64,000 nt of DNA from a candidate division WWE3 bacterium (GTDB lineage Bacteria > Patescibacteriota > 4484-211 > GCA-002791395): the NCBI GenBank assembly GCA_013335095.1, contig JAAXWF010000001.1:22797-86796 (forward strand), in the 5' to 3' direction. How positions within the stretch are numbered: position 1 is the stretch's first letter; the number at the start of each line of letters is the position of its first letter. Shown here in pieces: positions 18,773 through 26,955 of this stretch. Both the position numbers and the translations under genes were made by a program. The notes beneath the pieces are model-generated. The model was not told where the DNA came from. It searched no databases and saw only the letters and a program-made list of their open reading frames with translations.

Positions 18773-18792
18773 TTTTAAACATGGGTTAAAAA

Positions 18793-18835
18793 AATAACCG
18801 CCGGGTGGTACCACAATGGTACCCACCGGCGGTTT
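18793..18835. terminator. Perfect bidirectional terminator (accgccgggtggtacc acaa tggtacccaccggcggt) with A-tract and T-tract
   Basis: 16-bp perfect inverted repeat between convergent operons. Confidence 0.85.
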
Positions 18836-18863
18836 TTCATATCTCTCTAACTCTAATTACTAC

Positions 18864-19946
18864 CTATCTTTTTTCCCCTCCCTTACGAACTACCGCCGAC
18901 CGAGTACCCGAGGTACGCCGCTGGCTAGTCGGTTGTGGGACCGTTGAGGTCAGAGCCCCTCCGGCCAATCCGACATTAGCAACGTCGGCAGCGTTTACAG
19001 GTCCAGCTTCACCACCTGCCATCCACGCCGAGACGGTATTCTGGGCTCTTTCGGTTGCCAGAAGACTTTCAACAGTCCTTCCAAGCTCTTCGGCGGCTGC
19101 AGCCTGGTTCAGAGACTGAACCCCCGCAGACATCGCACTGACTTCAGCCTGAACACGTTCAAACTGTTGCGAAATAGTCAGCCGGGCCTGATCGAACTGA
19201 GCTTCGACCAGGTTGATCATCCGACCAAGCGCTTCGGGGCTGTTAACCCCCTGCTGAACGGCTTCAAGGTGACGTTGGGCAGCCGCATGAGCGGCGCTCA
19301 AACTATTGAGCAGTTCGGCGTCACCCCTGGCGTCTTCCATCTCAGCCAAGAGTCGCCGGACTTCACGTTCGGCGAGCTCTACGGCACTGTTATCGCCGAT
19401 AACCACCGCGAACAGCTGCCCCATGAAGTTCAGCCGTCGCTGGTACAACCGAACTGAAAGCTCCAACAGCTTATCGATGTCGGGCATAATCAGTTGGCGA
19501 GCTGAATCTCCCAAGCCTTCGGAGTCGAACAGTCGATCAAGTTGCTCAACCTGAGCAAAGACTTGATGTAGCTGTTCACGCCGGGCTTCAAATTCCCGCT
19601 TAGTATACGGCGGGTTTTGTGAGTACCGATATTGCTCATAAAGGCCGATCAGACGACCTTCGAGCTCATCCTGTAGCCCTTCAACTTCGCGCAGGATCTC
19701 ATCGGACTCAGTCACGTTCAGGAGGTCATACAGAGACTTCCCGACATACGCGACCAGAGTAATCGATGCCCCTGTTAGAACAGCAGGAATTGCTGCAGCA
19801 GGGGCAATGGCCAGTAGCCCTAAGCCGGATACGAAAGACAATAGTCCTCCGCCAATGGCAATCGTCAGATTCCGTTCGTCTAGAAAAGCTTCCCCAAACT
19901 CACCCAACGAATTCCGTAAGTCGTCGACCAGACGATTCCCGCTCAT
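18864..19946 (-). CDS. Membrane-anchored coiled-coil protein (two N-terminal TM helices; XpaC/TelA-like architecture, family assignment tentative)
   Basis: Hydrophobic segments at aa 27-70, then long helical region; aaaggag RBS. Confidence 0.5.
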   Translation of the reverse strand: MSGNRLVDDLRNSLGEFGEAFLDERNLTIAIGGGLLSFVSGLGLLAIAPAAAIPAVLTGASITLVAYVGKSLYDLLNVTESDEILREVEGLQDELEGRLIGLYEQYRYSQNPPYTKREFEARREQLHQVFAQVEQLDRLFDSEGLGDSARQLIMPDIDKLLELSVRLYQRRLNFMGQLFAVVIGDNSAVELAEREVRRLLAEMEDARGDAELLNSLSAAHAAAQRHLEAVQQGVNSPEALGRMINLVEAQFDQARLTISQQFERVQAEVSAMSAGVQSLNQAAAAEELGRTVESLLATERAQNTVSAWMAGGEAGPVNAADVANVGLAGGALTSTVPQPTSQRRTSGTRSAVVRKGGEKR

Positions 19947-20104
19947 CGAGCGCTCCTTTCCATCGTTACGATCGATCCAACTAGTTCTTGGTTTCTGAAC
20001 TAGGATAAAGCCAAGTATACTGCATGAATTTATCTTAATTAAGAAAATGGGCCGACTCTCAATTAAGAGAGACGGCCCAACATTACGCTATGTTAGCGTG
20101 CGAT

Positions 20105-21961
20105 TTATCGAGCCCCTGGCAGCACCAGTTGGCAGCCAAAGAATCGGTCCTGCCGCCTGATATTTTCATCAGCGGCGTTCATGTGGCTCGGATCCGACGG
20201 AATCACCGGCTTAAACGCGATCCGCTCGACCGGAACGTTCCGGTTTGAAAGCAGATCACGGATAGCCGGAATTCGAACGTCCGTCAGAAACGCCATCAAT
20301 CCTTCGGCGGTATCCCCGGGAGGCCAGGCAGTGCCGACCTCACAGAGCATCAAGACATCGACCGAAGTTGCCTTAAGGGCAGGCTTGATCGAATTATCTA
20401 CGTACGCATCGAAGCGTCCGACCGACTCTTCGACCAACGTGCCTTCGTTGGCGTTGAATTCAAAGAACTCGCGAGGGAACGTTGCCACAACGTCCTCAGG
20501 CTTGATCCCCGTCACGTCGACCGGATTGACCTGAGGTCGCCGATCGAGCGTGAACTCTTTGGCCGTAAACAACGCCCGGGCATCGGTAAGTAGCTCGGGG
20601 TGGCGCTCAGCGGTTCCCAGTACGAACTGGGGATTAACGACCGTCATCGGGTCGAACTGCTGAACTGGTTTACCACCATACCCCCACAGTTCGCTTGTGA
20701 ATGCGATCTGGGTTGCGATCACTCCGCGCTGGCCATTGGCCTGGGTGGTGCGCTGGTCATTCATCAGGTTGACGTTCGACCGGAGCGTCGCTTGCGCGAT
20801 ACCGTTCATGTAGTCGCGCATAGCTGCATCGGGAGACATTCCCGAATCAATCAAGGCCTGGATACCGGTCCAGCCATCGTGGCTCTGATCCCACTCAGAA
20901 ATCATGGTGGCGGCCCCGGCGGGGTCGCTGAGCATGAAGTTCAGGGCATCGAACCAGGCGTCATGAAACGCCTGCACCAGAGCCGGGTTTTCCCCGACAA
21001 TCTGGTTCGAGAAGATCACGCCATCGATAAGGCTTGGAAGGTTTTCGCTTCCGATGACCTTATAGCCGATATCAACATCCTGGCCATTTCCGTCGTAGAT
21101 GAAAACGGTTTTGCCGTCATCGCGAAGGTTAATGACCGGGATCCAGCCGACCATCACGTTGGTCTGGCCCGCCTGATAGGCTTCCAGAGCCTGTTCAGCC
21201 CGGTTGATATCAGGAAGCATCATGCGAACATTCGGATCCGCGGCATTCTCGCGACCAGCGTAATAAAACGTGATCGTTAGAAGCTCACTCACCGAATTCG
21301 CACCTGCCGCAATCGGCTTGCCAATGATCCCCTGGAGCGTTTGATTTGGCTCCCGGGAAACCATGAAATCCGATCCGCGGCTCATGGAGATGATCAACGT
21401 GTTGACGCCGTACGCCCCTTGCAGGGCAAAGGTGTCGACTGTGGTTAGACCACAGTTGAACTCTCCCGTACGCAGGTAATCAGCCTGCTGATTCTCGTCA
21501 AAGTCATTCTGGTCCAGATTGGGGCCAGAAGCCATGGGCACCAGCTCAAGCTCGAAGTTGTGCTTCGCAGCGAATTGCTGAGCCATGAGGATGGTTGGGT
21601 AGTAGCTCGGGTAGTTAGCCACGAAGCATTTCAGTGTACCCAACGAGCCACTTGCTGACGTTGTTCCGGCTTGATTCACTGGGGTTGCCGCTGCAGCAGC
21701 CGTTGGCTGAATTTGCGAGCTCCCTGCCGTTGCGTTATTCGGATTTACCGTCGGCGCGCCCCCCCCGAAGGGAACGACTTGCGTGACGGAAACCGAAGTA
21801 GGTGCGGTTGATGCACTGCTATTGCCCCTGATCAGCAAGGTACGAATCCCCAAACCGATCACGGTGAGCAGCATCAGGACCGCAAGGATAGCAATACCGA
21901 CTCGAGTTGGACTAAGACGCCGACGTCGGCGCAATGAACTACCATCGGTTGGTGAACTCAC
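20105..21961 (-). CDS. Membrane-anchored protein with NMT1/SsuA-like periplasmic substrate-binding domain and C-terminal extension of unknown function
   Basis: GTG start 21961 with AGGAGG RBS; Arg-rich N-terminus plus TM; SBP-like region YPSYYPT...GWIPVINLRDDG. Confidence 0.5.
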   Translation of the reverse strand: MSSPTDGSSLRRRRRLSPTRVGIAILAVLMLLTVIGLGIRTLLIRGNSSASTAPTSVSVTQVVPFGGGAPTVNPNNATAGSSQIQPTAAAAATPVNQAGTTSASGSLGTLKCFVANYPSYYPTILMAQQFAAKHNFELELVPMASGPNLDQNDFDENQQADYLRTGEFNCGLTTVDTFALQGAYGVNTLIISMSRGSDFMVSREPNQTLQGIIGKPIAAGANSVSELLTITFYYAGRENAADPNVRMMLPDINRAEQALEAYQAGQTNVMVGWIPVINLRDDGKTVFIYDGNGQDVDIGYKVIGSENLPSLIDGVIFSNQIVGENPALVQAFHDAWFDALNFMLSDPAGAATMISEWDQSHDGWTGIQALIDSGMSPDAAMRDYMNGIAQATLRSNVNLMNDQRTTQANGQRGVIATQIAFTSELWGYGGKPVQQFDPMTVVNPQFVLGTAERHPELLTDARALFTAKEFTLDRRPQVNPVDVTGIKPEDVVATFPREFFEFNANEGTLVEESVGRFDAYVDNSIKPALKATSVDVLMLCEVGTAWPPGDTAEGLMAFLTDVRIPAIRDLLSNRNVPVERIAFKPVIPSDPSHMNAADENIRRQDRFFGCQLVLPGAR

Positions 21962-22026
21962 AGAGCACCTCCTAAAAGTAAGAGGGACTGCCGCCCATTT
22001 GCGGCAGCCCACTTTCCGATTTAGAA

Positions 22027-22788
22027 CTACTTCTCCGGCGTCAGCCGGGTCGTAGCAGCACCATCAGCAGTAGCAGGTCCAGCCTGGCCGGCTTTCTTCT
22101 TGGCGATGAGTGCCGTAAGCTCCGGACTCATCTCACCCAGAGAGAGCGCGCCACCAGGGGCGAGGCCTGCTTCCATAACCGCGCTCGACATGCGAAGCCG
22201 GGCATCAGCGTCACGCCGCCCGTCATCGGCACGATCCTGAAGCTCTTCGAGCTCCCAAAAGTCGTTGCCCTGACCAATGCCGGCCATCTGTTCCTGCAGT
22301 GAAGCAAGACCAGCTTTAGCCTCATTCGCAGCGATGCGGATCTTGTAGCCGTTGGCTTGAGCTGCCTTAAGACGAGCTGCGTTGATATTACGCAACATAA
22401 TCGCCTTAATGTTGGCTTGAGAGGCAACAGACTCGAGGTCTCTCAGAAGCCCCTCAACGATTGGCTGATGCATCTGGATCTCCTGATCCAGGGCCATTGC
22501 TGTTTCTAGGTCTTCATTTTCGACCGCTTTCTCGCGCCGTGCCTTGAGCTGATCGAGGTACTGAACCTGACGGGCCACATCCTCGGCGAAAGCCTCCTGG
22601 CTTTTGCTCAGCTCAACGCCAGCCCAATAAGCCGAATCCTCGGCTCCCTTGGCCTTGTCGCGTACGCTCTCAAGGAGGTCATCGGTGCTTTCATTGCGAA
22701 GCCACCGCCCAACCTCCCGCCAAAATCGATTCCAAAGCTCGCCGATCACAAATCCCGGACCATTCCGACGAGGAGAACGATTAGACAT
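22027..22788 (-). CDS. PspA/IM30 (Vipp1/LiaH) family protein
   Basis: Coiled-coil with C-terminal PspA-like FWELEELQDRADD segment; ATG 22788 with ggagga RBS. Confidence 0.5.
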   Translation of the reverse strand: MSNRSPRRNGPGFVIGELWNRFWREVGRWLRNESTDDLLESVRDKAKGAEDSAYWAGVELSKSQEAFAEDVARQVQYLDQLKARREKAVENEDLETAMALDQEIQMHQPIVEGLLRDLESVASQANIKAIMLRNINAARLKAAQANGYKIRIAANEAKAGLASLQEQMAGIGQGNDFWELEELQDRADDGRRDADARLRMSSAVMEAGLAPGGALSLGEMSPELTALIAKKKAGQAGPATADGAATTRLTPEK

Positions 22789-23096
22789 ATGAGTATCCTC
22801 CGTAGAACTACTACACCTGATACAGGCTCCGATGCGAATCCACCGAAAGGTCAATCCATTAGCTGGGATTGCTCCCCTTTCCGCTAAACGTGAAATACAC
22901 GCTTACACATTCAGTAAGCGATTTACTTTTACCATATTTTGCTCCTAACGTCAAAACATAACAAAACACTATAAGACGAGATTGCTTATAAATATTCGTT
23001 TTCATCCTTAAATACTTATCAAGCTTTACTAAAAGGCTTATACTTATAAACGCCAATACATCGGCATCGTGGAACGCACGACTATAGGAGGCGTCA

Positions 23097-24521
23097 ATGA
23101 CCCCATCAAGTGGCACGTACCGTGAACATCTTGAGAATCACGGTATCTCGGTACGAACGGATCCAGTCTTGCCGTTTTTTCATTACGATAGAAACGGTAA
23201 GCTCGTCATCAGAGTATCAGGCTACTCCGACCTGGATCTGTTTGAGGTGTATGCAAGGTACGGTGCGGTTCAGCTGAACCTGCCCGATCTAGCAACACAA
23301 AGAGTACATCAGAGATGGGCCATTAATGGAGCGGCAGCAAAGGCTGCCCATTATCCCGAGGCAGTTCAAAGCGCCTATGCGACAAAAGCCAACGACTGGT
23401 ATCCAGTCGTTTCCCGAGTCGTTCGCGCCGGGTGTCATCAAGAGACCTCATCGCCATCGGGGGTCGCAGCAGCTCAGATACTTTGGGAAAGGGGCGAAAT
23501 TAGCCCAGAGCAGATGGTGATTTGTAATGGATACATTACAGCACCATATGCGGGCGCAATTCACGATTTGCGACATGCCGGATTTGCGAATACTATTCCG
23601 GTAATCGACAAAGAAAGCGTGCTGGCGCTCTTCCGACGCGACCATACGTGGCGATTCGGGATCCGGCAACGGGCTCATTTGCCCGCTCAAACAGACACCA
23701 AACCACACAAGGGTGTGTCTCGGTTTGGAATGGATTATGAAGAGCTCAAACGAGTCGCGATGATGATCCAGCGCAACCCCGGATGGGAGTTGGTGTTATA
23801 CCACTTCCACCTAGGTAGCCAGATCATCGATGAGGATAATTTCCTCGGCGGGTTACTGTCTGCAGCGACTAACTACTGTCGACTCAGGCAACAGGTCCCA
23901 ACCCTTCAATATCTTGATATTGGAGGAGGCGCACCAGTCCAATACGGCCTAACCCCACTCACGATTAATCTAGAGCTATTGCTCACTAGATTCTTGGTGA
24001 GCTTAAAGGACCTGTGTACACACTTTGACGTTCCCTGTCCGACGGTCATCACAGAATGGGGACGGTTCACGGTAGCGCCAAGCGAGCTACGGATGATGGA
24101 AATCCGGGCTCAATATGAACCTGGATTTATTCAAGTCCATGACACAATTATGGGCTCATTGGCGGATAATTGGGCAATCAAGCAACCGTTCCCAGTACTT
24201 TCTCTGGCGGGGCTTGACCACCCGACGACACGAGGCAAGATCGTTGGGCTAACCTGCGACGAAGATGATTGTCTATTCACGGAAGACGACAATCATGTGA
24301 CCATCGCTCGTCCAGATCGATTTCGGACTCCCGGGTCCGAGGTTTTGGTAGTTGCCAATACCGGCGCATACCAGTCAAACCTCGGGAATCTGGAGCACTG
24401 CATGCAGTTGCAGGAGGCGGTAATTGCCGCGTATCTCCATCGCGGGCAGTGGGTGTTTGAGACGGTCCGTCCCAGACAAATGGCCAAAGACATGCTCAAG
24501 CTGTTTGGCTGGCCTGTATAG
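23097..24521 (+). CDS. PLP-dependent decarboxylase, fold type III (Orn/DAP/Arg decarboxylase family; arginine-decarboxylase-like)
   Basis: YATKAN PLP-lysine motif, HFHLGSQ, DIGGG motifs; taggagg RBS. Confidence 0.6.
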   Translation: MTPSSGTYREHLENHGISVRTDPVLPFFHYDRNGKLVIRVSGYSDLDLFEVYARYGAVQLNLPDLATQRVHQRWAINGAAAKAAHYPEAVQSAYATKANDWYPVVSRVVRAGCHQETSSPSGVAAAQILWERGEISPEQMVICNGYITAPYAGAIHDLRHAGFANTIPVIDKESVLALFRRDHTWRFGIRQRAHLPAQTDTKPHKGVSRFGMDYEELKRVAMMIQRNPGWELVLYHFHLGSQIIDEDNFLGGLLSAATNYCRLRQQVPTLQYLDIGGGAPVQYGLTPLTINLELLLTRFLVSLKDLCTHFDVPCPTVITEWGRFTVAPSELRMMEIRAQYEPGFIQVHDTIMGSLADNWAIKQPFPVLSLAGLDHPTTRGKIVGLTCDEDDCLFTEDDNHVTIARPDRFRTPGSEVLVVANTGAYQSNLGNLEHCMQLQEAVIAAYLHRGQWVFETVRPRQMAKDMLKLFGWPV

Positions 24522-24542
24522 CCGAGTAGGTCACTGTTAGTC

Positions 24543-24577
24543 GGGGCGAGCGGAAACGTTCGCCCTTTTTTTATCAC
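24543..24577 (+). terminator. Hairpin gggcgagcg gaaa cgttcgccc followed by T8
   Basis: Inverted repeat plus T-tract. Confidence 0.7.
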
Positions 24578-24675
24578 CCCGCAGCACCAAACTATAGGAC
24601 TCCATGGTATATAATTACACTTAAGTTTCCGATAAATAAGACTAGGAGCCAGTCATAGCTGGTACAGGAGGTCGG

Positions 24676-25227
24676 ATGAAGCGCTGCTTCGCGTGCTCGG
24701 GCAAAAGCCCAGTCGATGCGCAGTACTGCATCAACTGCTCGGCACCATATCCGATAGCAAGCACGGGCACCACGAAACACCTTGGAAAACAAGACGACCT
24801 TGCCCGCACCATAGCCGTAACACACATAGCAGCTATGATGGGGTTAATCCAGTTCACCATGATCATCATCGGCGACATGCTGATGTACAACATCATAGGA
24901 CTGGAATACTGGAAGTCTCTTTCGTTGTTCGAGTTTAGCCTGTTGTGGACATGTCGAGGTATGCTCGATACCGGTATCAGCCTATTGGTACTCATCGGGT
25001 TGCTTCGCTTGACAACAAAAATGGTAATAACAGGTTCGCCTCGCCAGATAGCCAAAAAACGAATCATCGTCACGGCTATCTTAGCGCTGGTGATGTCAGT
25101 AGTTGGGCTCATGGTAGCTCCTGAGTTAAACTACAACCTGCAGGACAAAACCACAATATTGGCCATCAGCCTCATAATGGCCGGAGCGGTTGGTACACTG
25201 ATAGGTAGAGCAAGTAAGACTGCATAA
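24676..25227 (+). CDS. Membrane protein with N-terminal zinc ribbon (CxxC...CxxC) and four TM helices
   Basis: caggagg RBS; Cys pairs; hydrophobic segments. Confidence 0.55.
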   Translation: MKRCFACSGKSPVDAQYCINCSAPYPIASTGTTKHLGKQDDLARTIAVTHIAAMMGLIQFTMIIIGDMLMYNIIGLEYWKSLSLFEFSLLWTCRGMLDTGISLLVLIGLLRLTTKMVITGSPRQIAKKRIIVTAILALVMSVVGLMVAPELNYNLQDKTTILAISLIMAGAVGTLIGRASKTA

Positions 25228-25231
25228 ATAG

Positions 25232-25268
25232 CTGCCGGGGCTTAGCACAACTAGTCCCCGGCTTTTTT
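25232..25268 (+). terminator. Hairpin gccgggg...ccccggc followed by T6
   Basis: Inverted repeat plus T-tract. Confidence 0.7.
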
Positions 25269-25346
25269 ATTTCTTAATTTCATAAAAGTTGATACTAGAG
25301 CCTATAATATTAATACGGTGATTTAAGGATCGTAGAGGAGGCAAGT

Positions 25347-26000
25347 ATGCCATTGCAGACCGATTGGAGTAATGTCGGAACGGCGAATCTACGCCGTAAG
25401 GTGGCCAAGCTGATTAAGCGTGCAGAGATTGACGTTGACCAGCGCTATCTCGCCCTCCACGCCATGGGTCTACCCCAGGGACAGATCCCAAACGTGGAAA
25501 AGCTGATTGACGCAGCCACCCGGGAGCAGCTCGAAGCTGCCGCAACGATCTTGTCGTACCTGATTGGTCCAGCCAAAGAAGCGGGCAAAGGTACAACGAT
25601 TGAGCAAGACGCTCGACGATGGTGGGAAGAGGCCCTTGCGGCCAACGCCCACAATGGAATCCCACAGGAATGGGTTAATAGGATCGACCTACTGACTCAG
25701 CTCGAAAATCTGGGTTATGGTGTAGACCAGATCAACCCGGTCGTACGACTGGGCAAAGTTCAGGTGTACCGACTGATCGTCAATCAGTTCAAGCTTGCGG
25801 CAGATCGGTACAACGAGAACCTAGGCACCCTGGTCGAAGTATCTAGGCGGGAGTGGGAAGCATTTTGCAACGCGAAGCAGGAGGATGAGGTCCTGGTAGC
25901 GATGCGCGCATGCTTCACCTGGATACAGGATCGTAGCCAGCCGATGCCGTCTCCTCGGCAGATGCTGCTGTTCTACGGTATGCTCGGCAGCACAATCTAA
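25347..26000 (+). CDS. Hypothetical protein (high-GC)
   Basis: agaggagg RBS; 217 aa. Confidence 0.5.
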   Translation: MPLQTDWSNVGTANLRRKVAKLIKRAEIDVDQRYLALHAMGLPQGQIPNVEKLIDAATREQLEAAATILSYLIGPAKEAGKGTTIEQDARRWWEEALAANAHNGIPQEWVNRIDLLTQLENLGYGVDQINPVVRLGKVQVYRLIVNQFKLAADRYNENLGTLVEVSRREWEAFCNAKQEDEVLVAMRACFTWIQDRSQPMPSPRQMLLFYGMLGSTI

Positions 26001-26017
26001 GGTTTGCTCGAAAATGG

Positions 26018-26052
26018 TGCCGGGGATCCACATGGATCTCCGGTTTTTTTAT
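26018..26052 (+). terminator. Hairpin ccggggatcca...tggatctccgg followed by T7
   Basis: Inverted repeat plus T-tract. Confidence 0.65.
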
Positions 26053-26124
26053 TTACAACCTCCATAAAACTATCTAAAAATGACTCACATTAATGATTAT
26101 TGATATGAATATGATGCCTAAAAA

Positions 26125-26152
26125 AAAGGCAGCGAGTTTCCCCGCTGCCCGA
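26125..26152 (-). terminator. Hairpin ggcagcg...cgctgcc with U8 on minus strand, 3' of 26175-26786
   Basis: Inverted repeat preceded by A8 on plus strand. Confidence 0.6.
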
Positions 26153-26174
26153 TCGTAGCACCTCCTGAAAATTT

Positions 26175-26786
26175 TTAGTCGAACGCCATCAGTTCGACCC
26201 AGTGATTGTCACGAACTGCGGCCCAATCAAGGGTCCCCGCAATTGAGTGACACTCCTGACTCACCCGCCACGGATCTCCCGCGGCAAGCAGGTCAAGATA
26301 AGCCGAGCGGTAATCAGCCGCCCGAGCAACGCTGCCGACTCGTTCGGCCTTGCCGGGATGAGTTCGCTCAGGTCGGACACGAAAGCAGACCAGCTCCCCC
26401 TTCTTAAGGGTTGGCTGAACCCAGTCGTGCCCATTCCGATAGAACTCTATCGGCGTAAAACCTTCAGAAAATCGGACGTTCCACACGTCCGATCCATGAA
26501 AGTAGTACGACCGTCCAACGGCACTGTTGCCGTCGATACCCAGCCCCTTGATAAATCCGAAGCCTTTGCTGGCATCATAGAATGTGACTTCGCCGAGGAA
26601 AAGCACGTGATGCTTTTCTGGCTGATCGTCAGCAAACCAGATTGGCCCAAAGCTTCGAGGATTTTTGGCCGCCTCCACCACATCCGCCCGACAGATCGGG
26701 CAGAATCCATTATGGCGAACAACATTCGCCTCCTGCGTATCGTCCTCGATGGTGTGGGCGCACGGGAAAAAAGTCACCGTAGCCAT
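26175..26786 (-). CDS. Fusion protein: N-terminal Cys/His zinc-finger-like motif, central cold-shock domain (KGFGFI), C-terminal domain of unknown function
   Basis: CSD signature GEVTFYDASKGFGFIKG...YYFHGSDV; aaggaggg RBS. Confidence 0.6.
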   Translation of the reverse strand: MATVTFFPCAHTIEDDTQEANVVRHNGFCPICRADVVEAAKNPRSFGPIWFADDQPEKHHVLFLGEVTFYDASKGFGFIKGLGIDGNSAVGRSYYFHGSDVWNVRFSEGFTPIEFYRNGHDWVQPTLKKGELVCFRVRPERTHPGKAERVGSVARAADYRSAYLDLLAAGDPWRVSQECHSIAGTLDWAAVRDNHWVELMAFD

Positions 26787-26955
26787 GGGAGTCCCTCCTT
26801 GGTGTAGAGCAGCGCTCTACTATATTAGGTGCCAGGTCCAAAACAGTACCACCATAATAGCCTATAGTAGTACTGCCTGTCAAATTTTTAAAAATAGCCG
26901 TTACATTGGCGTCTCATTTAAAAAAATATTATAGTAGTAAGGATTAGTACGTTCG

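Noticed and set aside
23070-23098. T7-like promoter reading of ACGACTATAGGAGG
   Set aside because: It lacks the CAC of the T7 core and the upstream TAATACGACTCAC consensus. The similarity is limited to eight nucleotides.
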